This document shows, in pieces, positions 17,001 to 25,523 of a DNA stretch of 30,905 nt. This DNA is from a virus. Lineage: Duplodnaviria > Caudoviricetes. The translations under genes were made by a program, and so were the position numbers. The stretch spans positions 1-30,905 of the IMG/VR virus record IMGVR_UViG_3300033067_000044, one strand, 5' to 3'. The first letter of the stretch is position 1. Each line of letters opens with the position of its first letter. A model generated the notes under the pieces. That model worked only from the letters and a program-made list of their open reading frames with translations. It was not told where the DNA came from and did not search any database.

Positions 17001-17675
17001 GTGGCAACTAGGAACATAAAAAAGAAGGTGGAGCAGCCGAGTATTCCTTCGGACCCTTTTGAGTTGTTTATGCGAAGCAAGTTGATTGAATTGATTAACG
17101 TCAAACAACAGCATGAGCAGAAGTGGGGAGTTGAAAGGATTATTGGTTTGGTGGATGAGGGGTTTCGTACCAAGGTCTGGCAACAGAACGAAAGAATCTT
17201 CTTGGCGCAGAAGCAGCGTGATGAAGTCAGGTTGGCAAAGGCAGTGGATGGGATGAAGAAGGCTTATGCGGCACTGGATGCGTGGGCTGTGGAGCATGGC
17301 GTAAGCCAGTCTCCGCGTATTAAGCATTGCCAACATCTGATGGCTGACGGGTCAATCATGGTGGTTGTGGAGACTTACGAGGACGCGATGCTCTTTGACC
17401 AGATGATGGGGCATGATGACAAGCGTCACATCTGGTGCATGGAAGAGCTTGAGCTGGTGATGAACGCTGAGGTGGTCAAGGAAACTATGGCGCTGAAGCG
17501 TCAGTATCCACAAGCTCAGATGGTGAGGCTTGATAAACCACCGACAAAGTTTCCTGAAGGTGGGAAGACAGGGCTTGATGACATGGTTGGAGATGATGGA
17601 ATATTAGACGGCTCTCGCGCTCCAAAGGTGTTTGATACAAATACAGTCAAGAAGGCAATGCAAAAAGGCCTCTAG
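17001..17675 (+). CDS. hypothetical protein
   Basis: 224 aa, GTG start after AAGGA; EQKWGVERI motif. Confidence 0.7.
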   Translation: MATRNIKKKVEQPSIPSDPFELFMRSKLIELINVKQQHEQKWGVERIIGLVDEGFRTKVWQQNERIFLAQKQRDEVRLAKAVDGMKKAYAALDAWAVEHGVSQSPRIKHCQHLMADGSIMVVVETYEDAMLFDQMMGHDDKRHIWCMEELELVMNAEVVKETMALKRQYPQAQMVRLDKPPTKFPEGGKTGLDDMVGDDGILDGSRAPKVFDTNTVKKAMQKGL

Positions 17676-17767
17676 GAAGCGTTTTAAGCATGATTAAACG
17701 CGTTAAAAAAGAAAGTTAATACCCGCGCTAGGGTTTTGAATTAAAAACGATTGTAGGAGTTAAGAAA

Positions 17768-18202
17768 ATGGCTGGTAACAAAAAGAAGGTTCACGACATG
17801 GCAATGCTTGATACGTTGCCGAAGGAGCAACTTGCCAATATGTTTGAGGCTGGAATGTCTGAAACCCGCATCTGCGTTCAACTTGGTGTAAGTAAGCGGG
17901 CACTAACTTCGTGGCTAGACCTTCCCGAGAACGAGGGCTTCCTCTCACGCGTACGCGCGAGGGCTGCCGATCATCTCGTGGCACAGACCATCGAAATCGC
18001 CGATGAGACGGACATTGCAGAGGTTAACAAAGCTCGTTTACGCGTCCAAACGCGCCAATGGGTAGCTGAACGCTGGAATCCAGCAGCGTACGCACAGAAC
18101 AAGATGCCGAGCGTTACGGTCAATCTGGCTAACTTGCGGCTTGATGCGCTGCGACATGGCGAGTTCATCGAGGCTGAGTTACCCACAGACAAACTGAGCT
18201 AA
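17768..18202 (+). CDS. terS: terminase small subunit
   Basis: N-terminal HTH; ARAADHLVAQTIEIAD...KARLRVQTRQWVAERWNP..Y resembles Sf6-type TerS; SD AGGAG; upstream of terL. Confidence 0.8.
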   Translation: MAGNKKKVHDMAMLDTLPKEQLANMFEAGMSETRICVQLGVSKRALTSWLDLPENEGFLSRVRARAADHLVAQTIEIADETDIAEVNKARLRVQTRQWVAERWNPAAYAQNKMPSVTVNLANLRLDALRHGEFIEAELPTDKLS

Positions 18203-18276
18203 GTTGTCCAAGTTATCCACAGTCGTCTTGATTTGTTGCAGCGATGCAACACAATCCATGTATAGGCTGTGGGCAA
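18179..18276. promoter_or_regulatory. DnaA-box cluster with central palindrome
   Basis: TTACCCACA 18179-18187, TTATCCACA 18213-18221, inverted TGTGGGCAA 18268-18276; TGTTGCA-gcga-TGCAACA 18234-18251. Confidence 0.55.
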
Positions 18277-18286
18277 CACTGAAATA

Positions 18287-18314
18287 ACTTTACATAATGG
18301 ACATTGTATAAAGT
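18287..18314 (-). other. dif-like XerC/XerD recombination site
   Basis: Minus strand ACTTTATACAA-TGTCCA-TTATGTAAAGT; 11-6-11 layout; right arm matches the E. coli XerD arm TTATGTTAAAT at 9/11. Confidence 0.7.
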
Positions 18315-18520
18315 ACGTACACGCTTTAGTATTCACTCTGCATCTAGGCAAGGACTGTGCCAGCCTGACCCGCCCTTGACCCCCCCGTAGGGGCGTGTGG
18401 CGGGGCGGCTGCTACAGACGCAAGCCCACACCTACCAAAAAATAATTTAATAACGCACCCCCTGCCACCCCCTTATTAAAGCAATGCTCAAAAAAATTTA
18501 AAAAATTACGGCACAATCCC

Positions 18521-18550
18521 CACATGACTAAAGAATCAACACCAAAAGAA
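18521..18550 (+). repeat. 30-bp direct repeat, copy 1 (MTase start)
   Basis: CACATGACTAAAGAATCAACACCAAAAGAA, identical to 19636-19665. Confidence 0.95.
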
Positions 18551-19642
18551 ACCACCATTATTCATGGCGACTGCTTGGAGAAGCTAAAAGAGTTGCCAGA
18601 TAACAGCGTAGACAGCATAGTGACTGACCCGCCTTACGGTCTTTCATTCATGGGCAAGAAGTGGGACTATGACGTTCCAAGCGAAGATATATGGCGCGAG
18701 TGCTTCCGAGTGCTAAAGCATGGCGGTCATCTTCTTTCATTCGCGGGGACACGCACACAGCACCGAATGGCTGTTCGTATCGAAGACGCTGGCTTTGAAA
18801 TCCGAGACATGATTGCTTGGGTTTACGGCTCTGGGTTTCCGAAGTCTCACAACCTGAAAGACGAATGGCAGGGATGGGGAACAGCCTTGAAGCCTGCACT
18901 GGAGCCAATCACCGTAGCGCGTAAGCCACTAATCGGTACAGTTGCGGCCAATGTGCTTGAGCATGGCACAGGGGCTTTGAATATTGATGGTTGTAGGGTT
19001 GGCGTATCTTCAGACGACCCTAATCACAGGAATCAGCTTGACAACAACAGCTCAGAAAAGTCAATGTTTGGTATTGGCGGAACAGGTTGTTTAGGCTCAG
19101 GCCGCTGGCCAGCCAACCTAATCCACGATGGAAGCGATGAGGTGCTCAATGGGTTTCCTGTGACTGGGCCAAGCAAGGTTCAAGCAAGAAATCAACAAGA
19201 GCGTAGAGATCAGCCATCTAAAGGGTTTGAATATGCAAGAACTGGCGTAATGGGGCATAACGACAGCGGTGGCAGCGCAGCCCGCTTCTTCTACTGCGCC
19301 AAGGCCAGCAAGAAAGATCGTGATGAAGGGCTTGAGGATTTTACGCCAGCCAAGACCAACGATGGCCGAAAGTTTGACGCAGACAACGCTTATCAAAGAG
19401 GCGCAACACTTCGCGCCAACGTCCACCCAACAGTCAAACCAACCGACCTGATGCGCTACCTGTGCCGCTTGGTAACTCCACCAAACGGAATTGTTCTCGA
19501 CCCTTTTATGGGAAGCGGCTCCACGGGTAAGGCTGCGCGTCTTGAGGGCTTCAACTTCATTGGCATTGAGCGCGAGGCTGAGTATGTTGAAATCGCCAAG
19601 GCTCGTATTGACGCAGCTATCAAGGTAGACTTGTTCACATGA
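18524..19642 (+). CDS. orphan DNA methyltransferase (N4-C/N6-A, beta class)
   Basis: DSIVTDPPYG (motif IV) precedes HPTVKP and VLDPFMGSGSTG (motif I); no adjacent REase. Confidence 0.92.
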   Translation: MTKESTPKETTIIHGDCLEKLKELPDNSVDSIVTDPPYGLSFMGKKWDYDVPSEDIWRECFRVLKHGGHLLSFAGTRTQHRMAVRIEDAGFEIRDMIAWVYGSGFPKSHNLKDEWQGWGTALKPALEPITVARKPLIGTVAANVLEHGTGALNIDGCRVGVSSDDPNHRNQLDNNSSEKSMFGIGGTGCLGSGRWPANLIHDGSDEVLNGFPVTGPSKVQARNQQERRDQPSKGFEYARTGVMGHNDSGGSAARFFYCAKASKKDRDEGLEDFTPAKTNDGRKFDADNAYQRGATLRANVHPTVKPTDLMRYLCRLVTPPNGIVLDPFMGSGSTGKAARLEGFNFIGIEREAEYVEIAKARIDAAIKVDLFT

Positions 19643-19665
19643 CTAAAGAATCAACACCAAAAGAA
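19636..19665 (+). repeat. 30-bp direct repeat, copy 2 (terL start)
   Basis: Identical to 18521-18550; both encode MTKESTPKE. Confidence 0.95.
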
Positions 19666-21141
19666 CCAAAGAAGAAGCTGCACCCAGACACGCAGGAGCT
19701 GGTGGACAACGCGATTAAGAAGCAAGAGGAAAAGATCGCAGCAAACCCTTTTGTGGCTTTCACGGCTCGCTACCGCAACAACCCCGTGTTGTTTGTCAAG
19801 GAAGTCCTGAACACCACGCCTGATGCTTGGCAAGAGACGATGCTCAACCACATCGCCAAGGGTGAGCGAAGAATCAGCGTCCGAAGTGGTCACGGAGTTG
19901 GTAAGTCAACAGGCGCTTCATGGGCAATCATCTGGTATCTCTTACTGCGTTACCCCGTCAAGGTCGTTGTCACAGCCCCCACGTCTAGCCAACTGTATGA
20001 CGCGCTTTTCGCGGAATTGAAGCGATGGGTCAAGGAGTTACCACCGACTTTGAGAGATATGCTTGAAGTCAAGCAAGACCGTATCGAGGTTAAGGAAGCC
20101 CAAACCGAAGCCTTTGTGTCAGCGCGTACATCCCGCGCCGAGCAACCCGAAGCACTGCAAGGTGTCCACAGCGAGAACGTGATGCTGATTGGGGATGAGG
20201 CTTCCGGTATTCCTGAACAGGTCTTCGAGGCTGCTGCTGGTTCAATGTCCGGCCACAACGCTGTGACCCTACTTTTGGGCAACCCCGTCCGAAGCTCAGG
20301 CTTCTTCTACGACACCCACAACCGTCTGTCAGGCGATTGGGTGACGATGAAGGTTTCTTGCGTGGACTCGCCACGAGTTTCAGAAGCCTACGTTGAGGAG
20401 ATGAAAGCTCGCTACGGCGAGGAATCAAACGCATATCGGATTCGCGTCCTTGGTGAATTCCCCCGTTCTGACGACGACACCGTAATTCCAATGGAGCTGC
20501 TGGAACTTGCCAAGCACCGAGATGTTGAGGCCAGCCAACACGCAAAGCTGATATGGGGTTTGGACGTTGCTCGCTTTGGTGGCGATAGGTCTGCTCTGGC
20601 CAAGCGCCAAGGCAATGCACTGGTGGAGCCAATCAAGACTTGGAAGAACTTGGACTTGATGCAACTCACCGGCGCAGTCGTTGCCGAGTGGGAAGCCCTG
20701 CCATCCAGCCAACGCCCACATGAAATCTTGGTGGACTCGATTGGTCTTGGCGCTGGCGTAGTTGACCGACTGCGTGAGTTGGGTTTGCCTGTTCGTGGCA
20801 TCAACGTGTCTGAGTCGCCAGCGATGGGACAGACTTACAAGAACTTACGCGCCGAGCTTTGGTACAAAACCAAGGCTTGGTTTGAGGCTCGTGACTGCCG
20901 TATCCCTTCAGACGAGGAGCTGGTGGCTGAATTGGCCACAGTGCGTTACTTCTTCACGTCCAACGGCAAGATTCAGATCGAGTCCAAGGATGACATCAGG
21001 AAACGCGGATTGCGCTCCCCCGACAAGGCTGATTCGCTTGTACTGACGTTTGCTACCGATGCCGCGATTGGTATGTTCGGCGCTAACACTGCGCAGCAAT
21101 GGTCAAAGCCGCTGCGCCGTAATGTGTCTAGAGTTGCATAA
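19639..21141 (+). CDS. terL: terminase large subunit
   Basis: Walker A SGHGVGKS, Walker B LIGDEAS, GNP coupling motif, nuclease GLDVARFGGD and SPDKAD. Confidence 0.93.
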   Translation: MTKESTPKEPKKKLHPDTQELVDNAIKKQEEKIAANPFVAFTARYRNNPVLFVKEVLNTTPDAWQETMLNHIAKGERRISVRSGHGVGKSTGASWAIIWYLLLRYPVKVVVTAPTSSQLYDALFAELKRWVKELPPTLRDMLEVKQDRIEVKEAQTEAFVSARTSRAEQPEALQGVHSENVMLIGDEASGIPEQVFEAAAGSMSGHNAVTLLLGNPVRSSGFFYDTHNRLSGDWVTMKVSCVDSPRVSEAYVEEMKARYGEESNAYRIRVLGEFPRSDDDTVIPMELLELAKHRDVEASQHAKLIWGLDVARFGGDRSALAKRQGNALVEPIKTWKNLDLMQLTGAVVAEWEALPSSQRPHEILVDSIGLGAGVVDRLRELGLPVRGINVSESPAMGQTYKNLRAELWYKTKAWFEARDCRIPSDEELVAELATVRYFFTSNGKIQIESKDDIRKRGLRSPDKADSLVLTFATDAAIGMFGANTAQQWSKPLRRNVSRVA

Positions 21142-21175
21142 TCTAGTCATTCCATTAACTTTGAAGGGGTAAGCC

Positions 21176-21340
21176 ATGAAGAAAACAAAGACTGAGAAGA
21201 AGATTTCCAAGGTATACAACGAGTTCAAAGCTGGCACTTTGCACTCAGGTAAAGGCGGTCCAGTTGTGAAGTCCAAAGCTCAAGGCTTGGCGATTGCCTT
21301 GTCTGCTGCTGGCGTTAAACCTAAAAAGAAAATGAAGTAA
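21176..21340 (+). CDS. DUF6496-like small basic protein (54 aa, not in ORF track)
   Basis: MKKTKTEKKISKVYNEFKAGTLHSGKGGPVVKSKAQGLAIALSAAGVKPKKKMK; SD AAGGGG; TAATG overlap with the next gene. Confidence 0.75.
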   Translation: MKKTKTEKKISKVYNEFKAGTLHSGKGGPVVKSKAQGLAIALSAAGVKPKKKMK

Positions 21341-21777
21341 TGGCTACCTCAATCCCTAAACAATACGAAAGCGCGATGCGCCAAATGATGTCTGAAGGCG
21401 ACAGCTCAAGCTGCCCCATCGCCACACAAGACATTACCGTCAATTTGAAGAACCGCGCAAAAGCCATCACCACGGCTAAGTACGGTCCTGAGAATCCAAC
21501 CCTGCCAAACACCAAGTTTTGGCAAAACAAGGCTGACCAATGGGATGTGTCCGTAGAGGATGCCAAGAAGTCTCGTTGCGGTAACTGCGCTGTGTTCGTG
21601 GTGTCCGACAAGATGAAGAACTGCATTGCTGAAGGCATTGGCAATGAGTCTGATCCTTGGGGTGCAATCAAGCTGGCTGATCTAGGCTACTGCGAAATCT
21701 TCGACTTCAAGTGCGCGGCACAACGTACCTGCGATGCTTGGGTTGTTGGTGGACCAGACACGGGTGAGGAATCTTGA
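21340..21777 (+). CDS. Cys-rich protein with HiPIP-like cysteine spacing
   Basis: RCGNCAVF...GYCEIF...RTCDAW; seven Cys in total. Confidence 0.55.
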   Translation: MATSIPKQYESAMRQMMSEGDSSSCPIATQDITVNLKNRAKAITTAKYGPENPTLPNTKFWQNKADQWDVSVEDAKKSRCGNCAVFVVSDKMKNCIAEGIGNESDPWGAIKLADLGYCEIFDFKCAAQRTCDAWVVGGPDTGEES

Positions 21778-22472
21778 TTCCAATCTGCATCTCCACAGTA
21801 CATGGCAAAGGGTTGCCTGTACTGCTTGAATCCATTAAGCAATACGCGCCAGAGGCGTATGTTTATCTTCGTGGCCCTGAGTCCGTGATTGGGAAGTCAG
21901 AGCATTTGGCTAACGCTCGCATCATGGTTGGCGAGCCACGCAACTTCGGCGAGGACTACAACGACATCATTGACGATGCGTTGAAGTACCACACAGCTTG
22001 CATCGTCTGCAATGATGATGTTGTTTTGACCCCCACCAGCTATGCCAGACTACTTGAAGACGTTGCTACGATTCGTGAGTTGGAGCCTTCGGTTGGTTGG
22101 GTTGCTGCTCGTTGCGATGCTTCTCGTGCTGTGCAGAACATCAGGTTCAATCGGGAAAACGAGAAAATAGACATGATGAAGTTCCACGCCGAGAACTACA
22201 TCTTCCCCACCGATGTCGTCAGCCCGATCTTTGCGTATGTCTCGCGTGAGGCATGGAACCACGGACGCTTTGGGCCTTTGAACTGGTACTCAGACGATGT
22301 GTCCTGCTTGGATATGTCGGCCAAGGGTTACTCGCATTACGTTTCAACTTCGTACGTCCACCACGTTGGGAGCCAAACAGTTGGCCTTGACGCTAAAGAA
22401 TTAGTCCTTGAGGCTCTGCCTTGGATACAGGAAAACCGTCCACAGTATGTCGAACAATTCTTTGGTTCTTAA
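21774..22472 (+). CDS. GT-A fold (GT2-like) glycosyltransferase
   Basis: NFGEDYN, CNDDVVL (DxD-like), WYSDD and YVHHVGSQT; TTG start after GAGGA. Confidence 0.8.
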   Translation: MIPICISTVHGKGLPVLLESIKQYAPEAYVYLRGPESVIGKSEHLANARIMVGEPRNFGEDYNDIIDDALKYHTACIVCNDDVVLTPTSYARLLEDVATIRELEPSVGWVAARCDASRAVQNIRFNRENEKIDMMKFHAENYIFPTDVVSPIFAYVSREAWNHGRFGPLNWYSDDVSCLDMSAKGYSHYVSTSYVHHVGSQTVGLDAKELVLEALPWIQENRPQYVEQFFGS

Positions 22473-22980
22473 TTTAGGCTCTGGCAAGGATTGGCGCGAA
22501 GACTGCATTAACGCAGACATCCAGCGTCGAATCAAATCCGATTGGTGTCTTGACATTCAGGATGTTCATTGGGGTTCTTTGCTTGTGACTCGCAAGGGAG
22601 ACTATCGCGTCAAGCCTGAGATGTTTGATGTCATCTTGGCCAACGATGTGCTGGAACACGTACCCGATCTTGTCAAGACCATGACCAACTGCAAGGAATT
22701 GCTCAAGGAAGGTGGCGAGATGCGCATCAACGTGCCTTACGACCTGTCTTATGGCGCGTGGCAAGACCCCACCCATGTACGCGCCTTCAATGAAAAGTCG
22801 TGGCTGTACTACACAGATTGGCATTGGTATCTAGGTTGGGAAGATCGTTTCCACCTGAAGCATCTGGAGTTCACGCTCTCAAGCGTTGGGGAAAGTCTAA
22901 AATTACCGCAAGATGAGATTTTGAGGACTCCACGGGCTGTGGACTCCATGTACGTCATATTGCAAAAGGGCAAGAAATGA
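22447..22980 (+). CDS. class I SAM-dependent methyltransferase (non-DNA type)
   Basis: Start ATG 22447; VLNLGSG, INAD, FDVILANDVLEHV, LKEGG and DPTHVRAF. Confidence 0.85.
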   Translation: MSNNSLVLNLGSGKDWREDCINADIQRRIKSDWCLDIQDVHWGSLLVTRKGDYRVKPEMFDVILANDVLEHVPDLVKTMTNCKELLKEGGEMRINVPYDLSYGAWQDPTHVRAFNEKSWLYYTDWHWYLGWEDRFHLKHLEFTLSSVGESLKLPQDEILRTPRAVDSMYVILQKGKK

Positions 22981-25247
22981 AAGTTCCATACGAGTTTGAG
23001 TCCGAGACTACCAGCGCTTTGCTCAACAAGGCTAAAGAGCAAATCGAGGACATGATGGAGTCCAAAGACCCTGAAGAAGTCAAAGAGGAAGAAGCCGAAC
23101 ACCAGCCAATGGATGACGAAGAACTTGAGGCCATGATTGGCCAAGAGATCACAGACGCTGTTTCCTACATCGACTCAGACTTGTCGCCTATTCGTGCGAT
23201 GGCGACACGCTACTACCGTGGCGACCCCTTTGGCAACGAAGAAGAAGGCCGTTCACAAGTTGTGGCAATGGAGACACGCGACACCATCTCGGCCATGATG
23301 CCTTCACTGATGCGCGTATTCTTCAGCTCAGAGAACGTGGTCGAGTTTGTCCCGCGTGGCCCTGAAGATGTGAAGAACTCACAACAAGCCACAGATTACG
23401 CTAACTACGTGTTCACGGCTGACAACAATGGCTTTATGACCGCATACGCCACGTTCAAGGACGCTTTGGCTCGCAAGTGCGGCATCATGGAAGCCGTCTG
23501 GGAAGAAACTGAAGAAGTGCGCATTGAGCAATATTCTGGCCTTGATGACCAGACTTTGCAGCTTTTGATGCAAGAGCCAGAAGCTGAGATGAAGATCGTT
23601 GTGTCTTATCCAGACGATGCAATGCAAGGCGAGATGCTGCTTGACCCAATGACGGGCGAGCCAATGCCACCAGCCATGCTGCACGATGTCGAGATCAAGC
23701 GCATCGTCAAGTCTGGCCACATCCGCATCAACTCTGTTGCACCAGAAGAATTGCTGCTTTCGCGTCAAGCTCTGGACTTCGAAAACGCACCAATCATTGG
23801 TCGTCGCAAGATGGCTTCTGTGGCTGAATTGATTGCTATTGGATACGACGAAGACGAAGTGATGGAGTATGTTGGCTCGTCTGACTTGGCTGATAATGAA
23901 GAAAACTTGGCTCGTCATGCCTTGAACAATCAGCAGTTCACAGATCAAAGTGCCAACCCAATGGAGCAGCGCGTCCTGTACTGCGAAGTCTACGTGCGCG
24001 TTGACTTTGACGGTGATGGCATCCCTGAGTTGCGCAAGGTCTGCACGATGGGTCCAAGCTACGAAGTAAAGCGTAATTTGCCTTCAGCTTACATCCCATT
24101 TGTGGCCTTCCCATGCGACCCAGAGCCACATACTTCCCCACTAGAAGCTGGTTCAATCTTTGACATCACCCACGACATTCAAGAGATCAAATCTGAGATT
24201 CTGCGCAATACGTTGGATTCATTGGCTCAGTCGATTCACCCACGTACTGCCATCGTTGAAGGCCAAGTCAACATTGACGATGTGCTGAACAACGAAACAG
24301 GCGCTGTCATCCGTATGCGTGCGCCAAACATGGTGCAAACCTTTGCACAGCCATTTGTTGGCCAAGCTGCCTTTCCAATGCTGGACTATGTGGACAGCAT
24401 TAAGGAAGACCGTACCGGCATGAGCAAAGCCGCAATGGGCTTAAACGCTGACGCTTTGCAGTCTTCGACACGTGCTGCTGTGAACGCCACTATCAGCGCC
24501 AGCCAAGGCCGTATTGAGCTGACTTCTCGTTTGCTGGCTGAAGGCATGAAGACCCTGTTCAAGAAGATTTTGTTCTTGACGGTCACACACCAAGACAAAG
24601 CTCGCATGATTCGCTTGCGCAATGAGTGGGTGCAGATCGATCCACGTTCATGGGACACGTCTATGGATGTGGCTGTGAACATCGGCTTGGGCAACGGCGA
24701 CACCAACGAGAAGCTGGCTGCCTTGGCTCAGTTCTCTGCCAAGCAAGAGTCAATCATCAACCAATACGGCTTGGATAACCCTGTTGTGTCACCACAGCAG
24801 TATGTCCGTACCTTGCGCAAGATGGTTGAGCTATCAGGCTTCAAGGACGCATCCAGCTACATCAATGACTTGCCAGACGATTGGAAAGCACCTGCCAAGC
24901 CAGAAGCCAAGCCATCTCCTGAAGAAGTCTTGGCTCAAGTTCAGGCTCAGTCTATCCAAGCCGACATTCAGAAGAAAGCGGCGGAACTAGAGCTGAAGCG
25001 TCAGCAAATGATGATGGATGATGATTTCCGTCGAGATCAAATGAATCAGGACAGACTACTTAAACAATACGAACTTGAGTTAAAGTACAACACACAGATC
25101 AGCACTGCACAAATCGTGGCAGAGCAGAATGTGAATCGTGAGATAGTCAAAGAGCAATCGGCAATTGTGCAAAACGCAGTGCAACAAGTACAGCCTCAAG
25201 TGCAAGAGCCGTATATGCAACCCATCAACCCGCAAGGAATGGTCTAA
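22977..25247 (+). CDS. portal protein (P22-like)
   Basis: 756 aa; RYYRG..EEEGRSQVV, DFDGDG..ELRKV and Q-rich helical C-terminal barrel; between terL and scaffold. Confidence 0.88.
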   Translation: MKVPYEFESETTSALLNKAKEQIEDMMESKDPEEVKEEEAEHQPMDDEELEAMIGQEITDAVSYIDSDLSPIRAMATRYYRGDPFGNEEEGRSQVVAMETRDTISAMMPSLMRVFFSSENVVEFVPRGPEDVKNSQQATDYANYVFTADNNGFMTAYATFKDALARKCGIMEAVWEETEEVRIEQYSGLDDQTLQLLMQEPEAEMKIVVSYPDDAMQGEMLLDPMTGEPMPPAMLHDVEIKRIVKSGHIRINSVAPEELLLSRQALDFENAPIIGRRKMASVAELIAIGYDEDEVMEYVGSSDLADNEENLARHALNNQQFTDQSANPMEQRVLYCEVYVRVDFDGDGIPELRKVCTMGPSYEVKRNLPSAYIPFVAFPCDPEPHTSPLEAGSIFDITHDIQEIKSEILRNTLDSLAQSIHPRTAIVEGQVNIDDVLNNETGAVIRMRAPNMVQTFAQPFVGQAAFPMLDYVDSIKEDRTGMSKAAMGLNADALQSSTRAAVNATISASQGRIELTSRLLAEGMKTLFKKILFLTVTHQDKARMIRLRNEWVQIDPRSWDTSMDVAVNIGLGNGDTNEKLAALAQFSAKQESIINQYGLDNPVVSPQQYVRTLRKMVELSGFKDASSYINDLPDDWKAPAKPEAKPSPEEVLAQVQAQSIQADIQKKAAELELKRQQMMMDDDFRRDQMNQDRLLKQYELELKYNTQISTAQIVAEQNVNREIVKEQSAIVQNAVQQVQPQVQEPYMQPINPQGMV

Positions 25248-25511
25248 ATGAGCAATGAAGAAGCCGTGAGAAAAGGGAAGAAGGCCGAGAGTCTGATACA
25301 GGACGAAGCCTTCTCAGCAGCTCTGCTGCAAATGGAGAACGATGCCGTCTGGCTTTGGAAAAGTACGAAGTCAGAGGACACCGTGAAAAGAGAGAGCGCG
25401 TGGCACATGATTCAGGCGATTGAGCAGTTCCGTAACCAGATCAACAAGATCATGGATAACGGCAAGATTGCACAGCGTCAAATCGAACGCGCTCAGAAAT
25501 CATTGGTATAA
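25248..25511 (+). CDS. small head-module hypothetical protein
   Basis: 87 aa, helical; between portal and scaffold; SD AAGGA. Confidence 0.7.
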   Translation: MSNEEAVRKGKKAESLIQDEAFSAALLQMENDAVWLWKSTKSEDTVKRESAWHMIQAIEQFRNQINKIMDNGKIAQRQIERAQKSLV

Positions 25512-25523
25512 AGGAATTTGGAA

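Noticed and set aside
18524-19642. Restriction-modification system
   Set aside because: No adjacent endonuclease; neighbours are terS and terL, so this is an orphan MTase.
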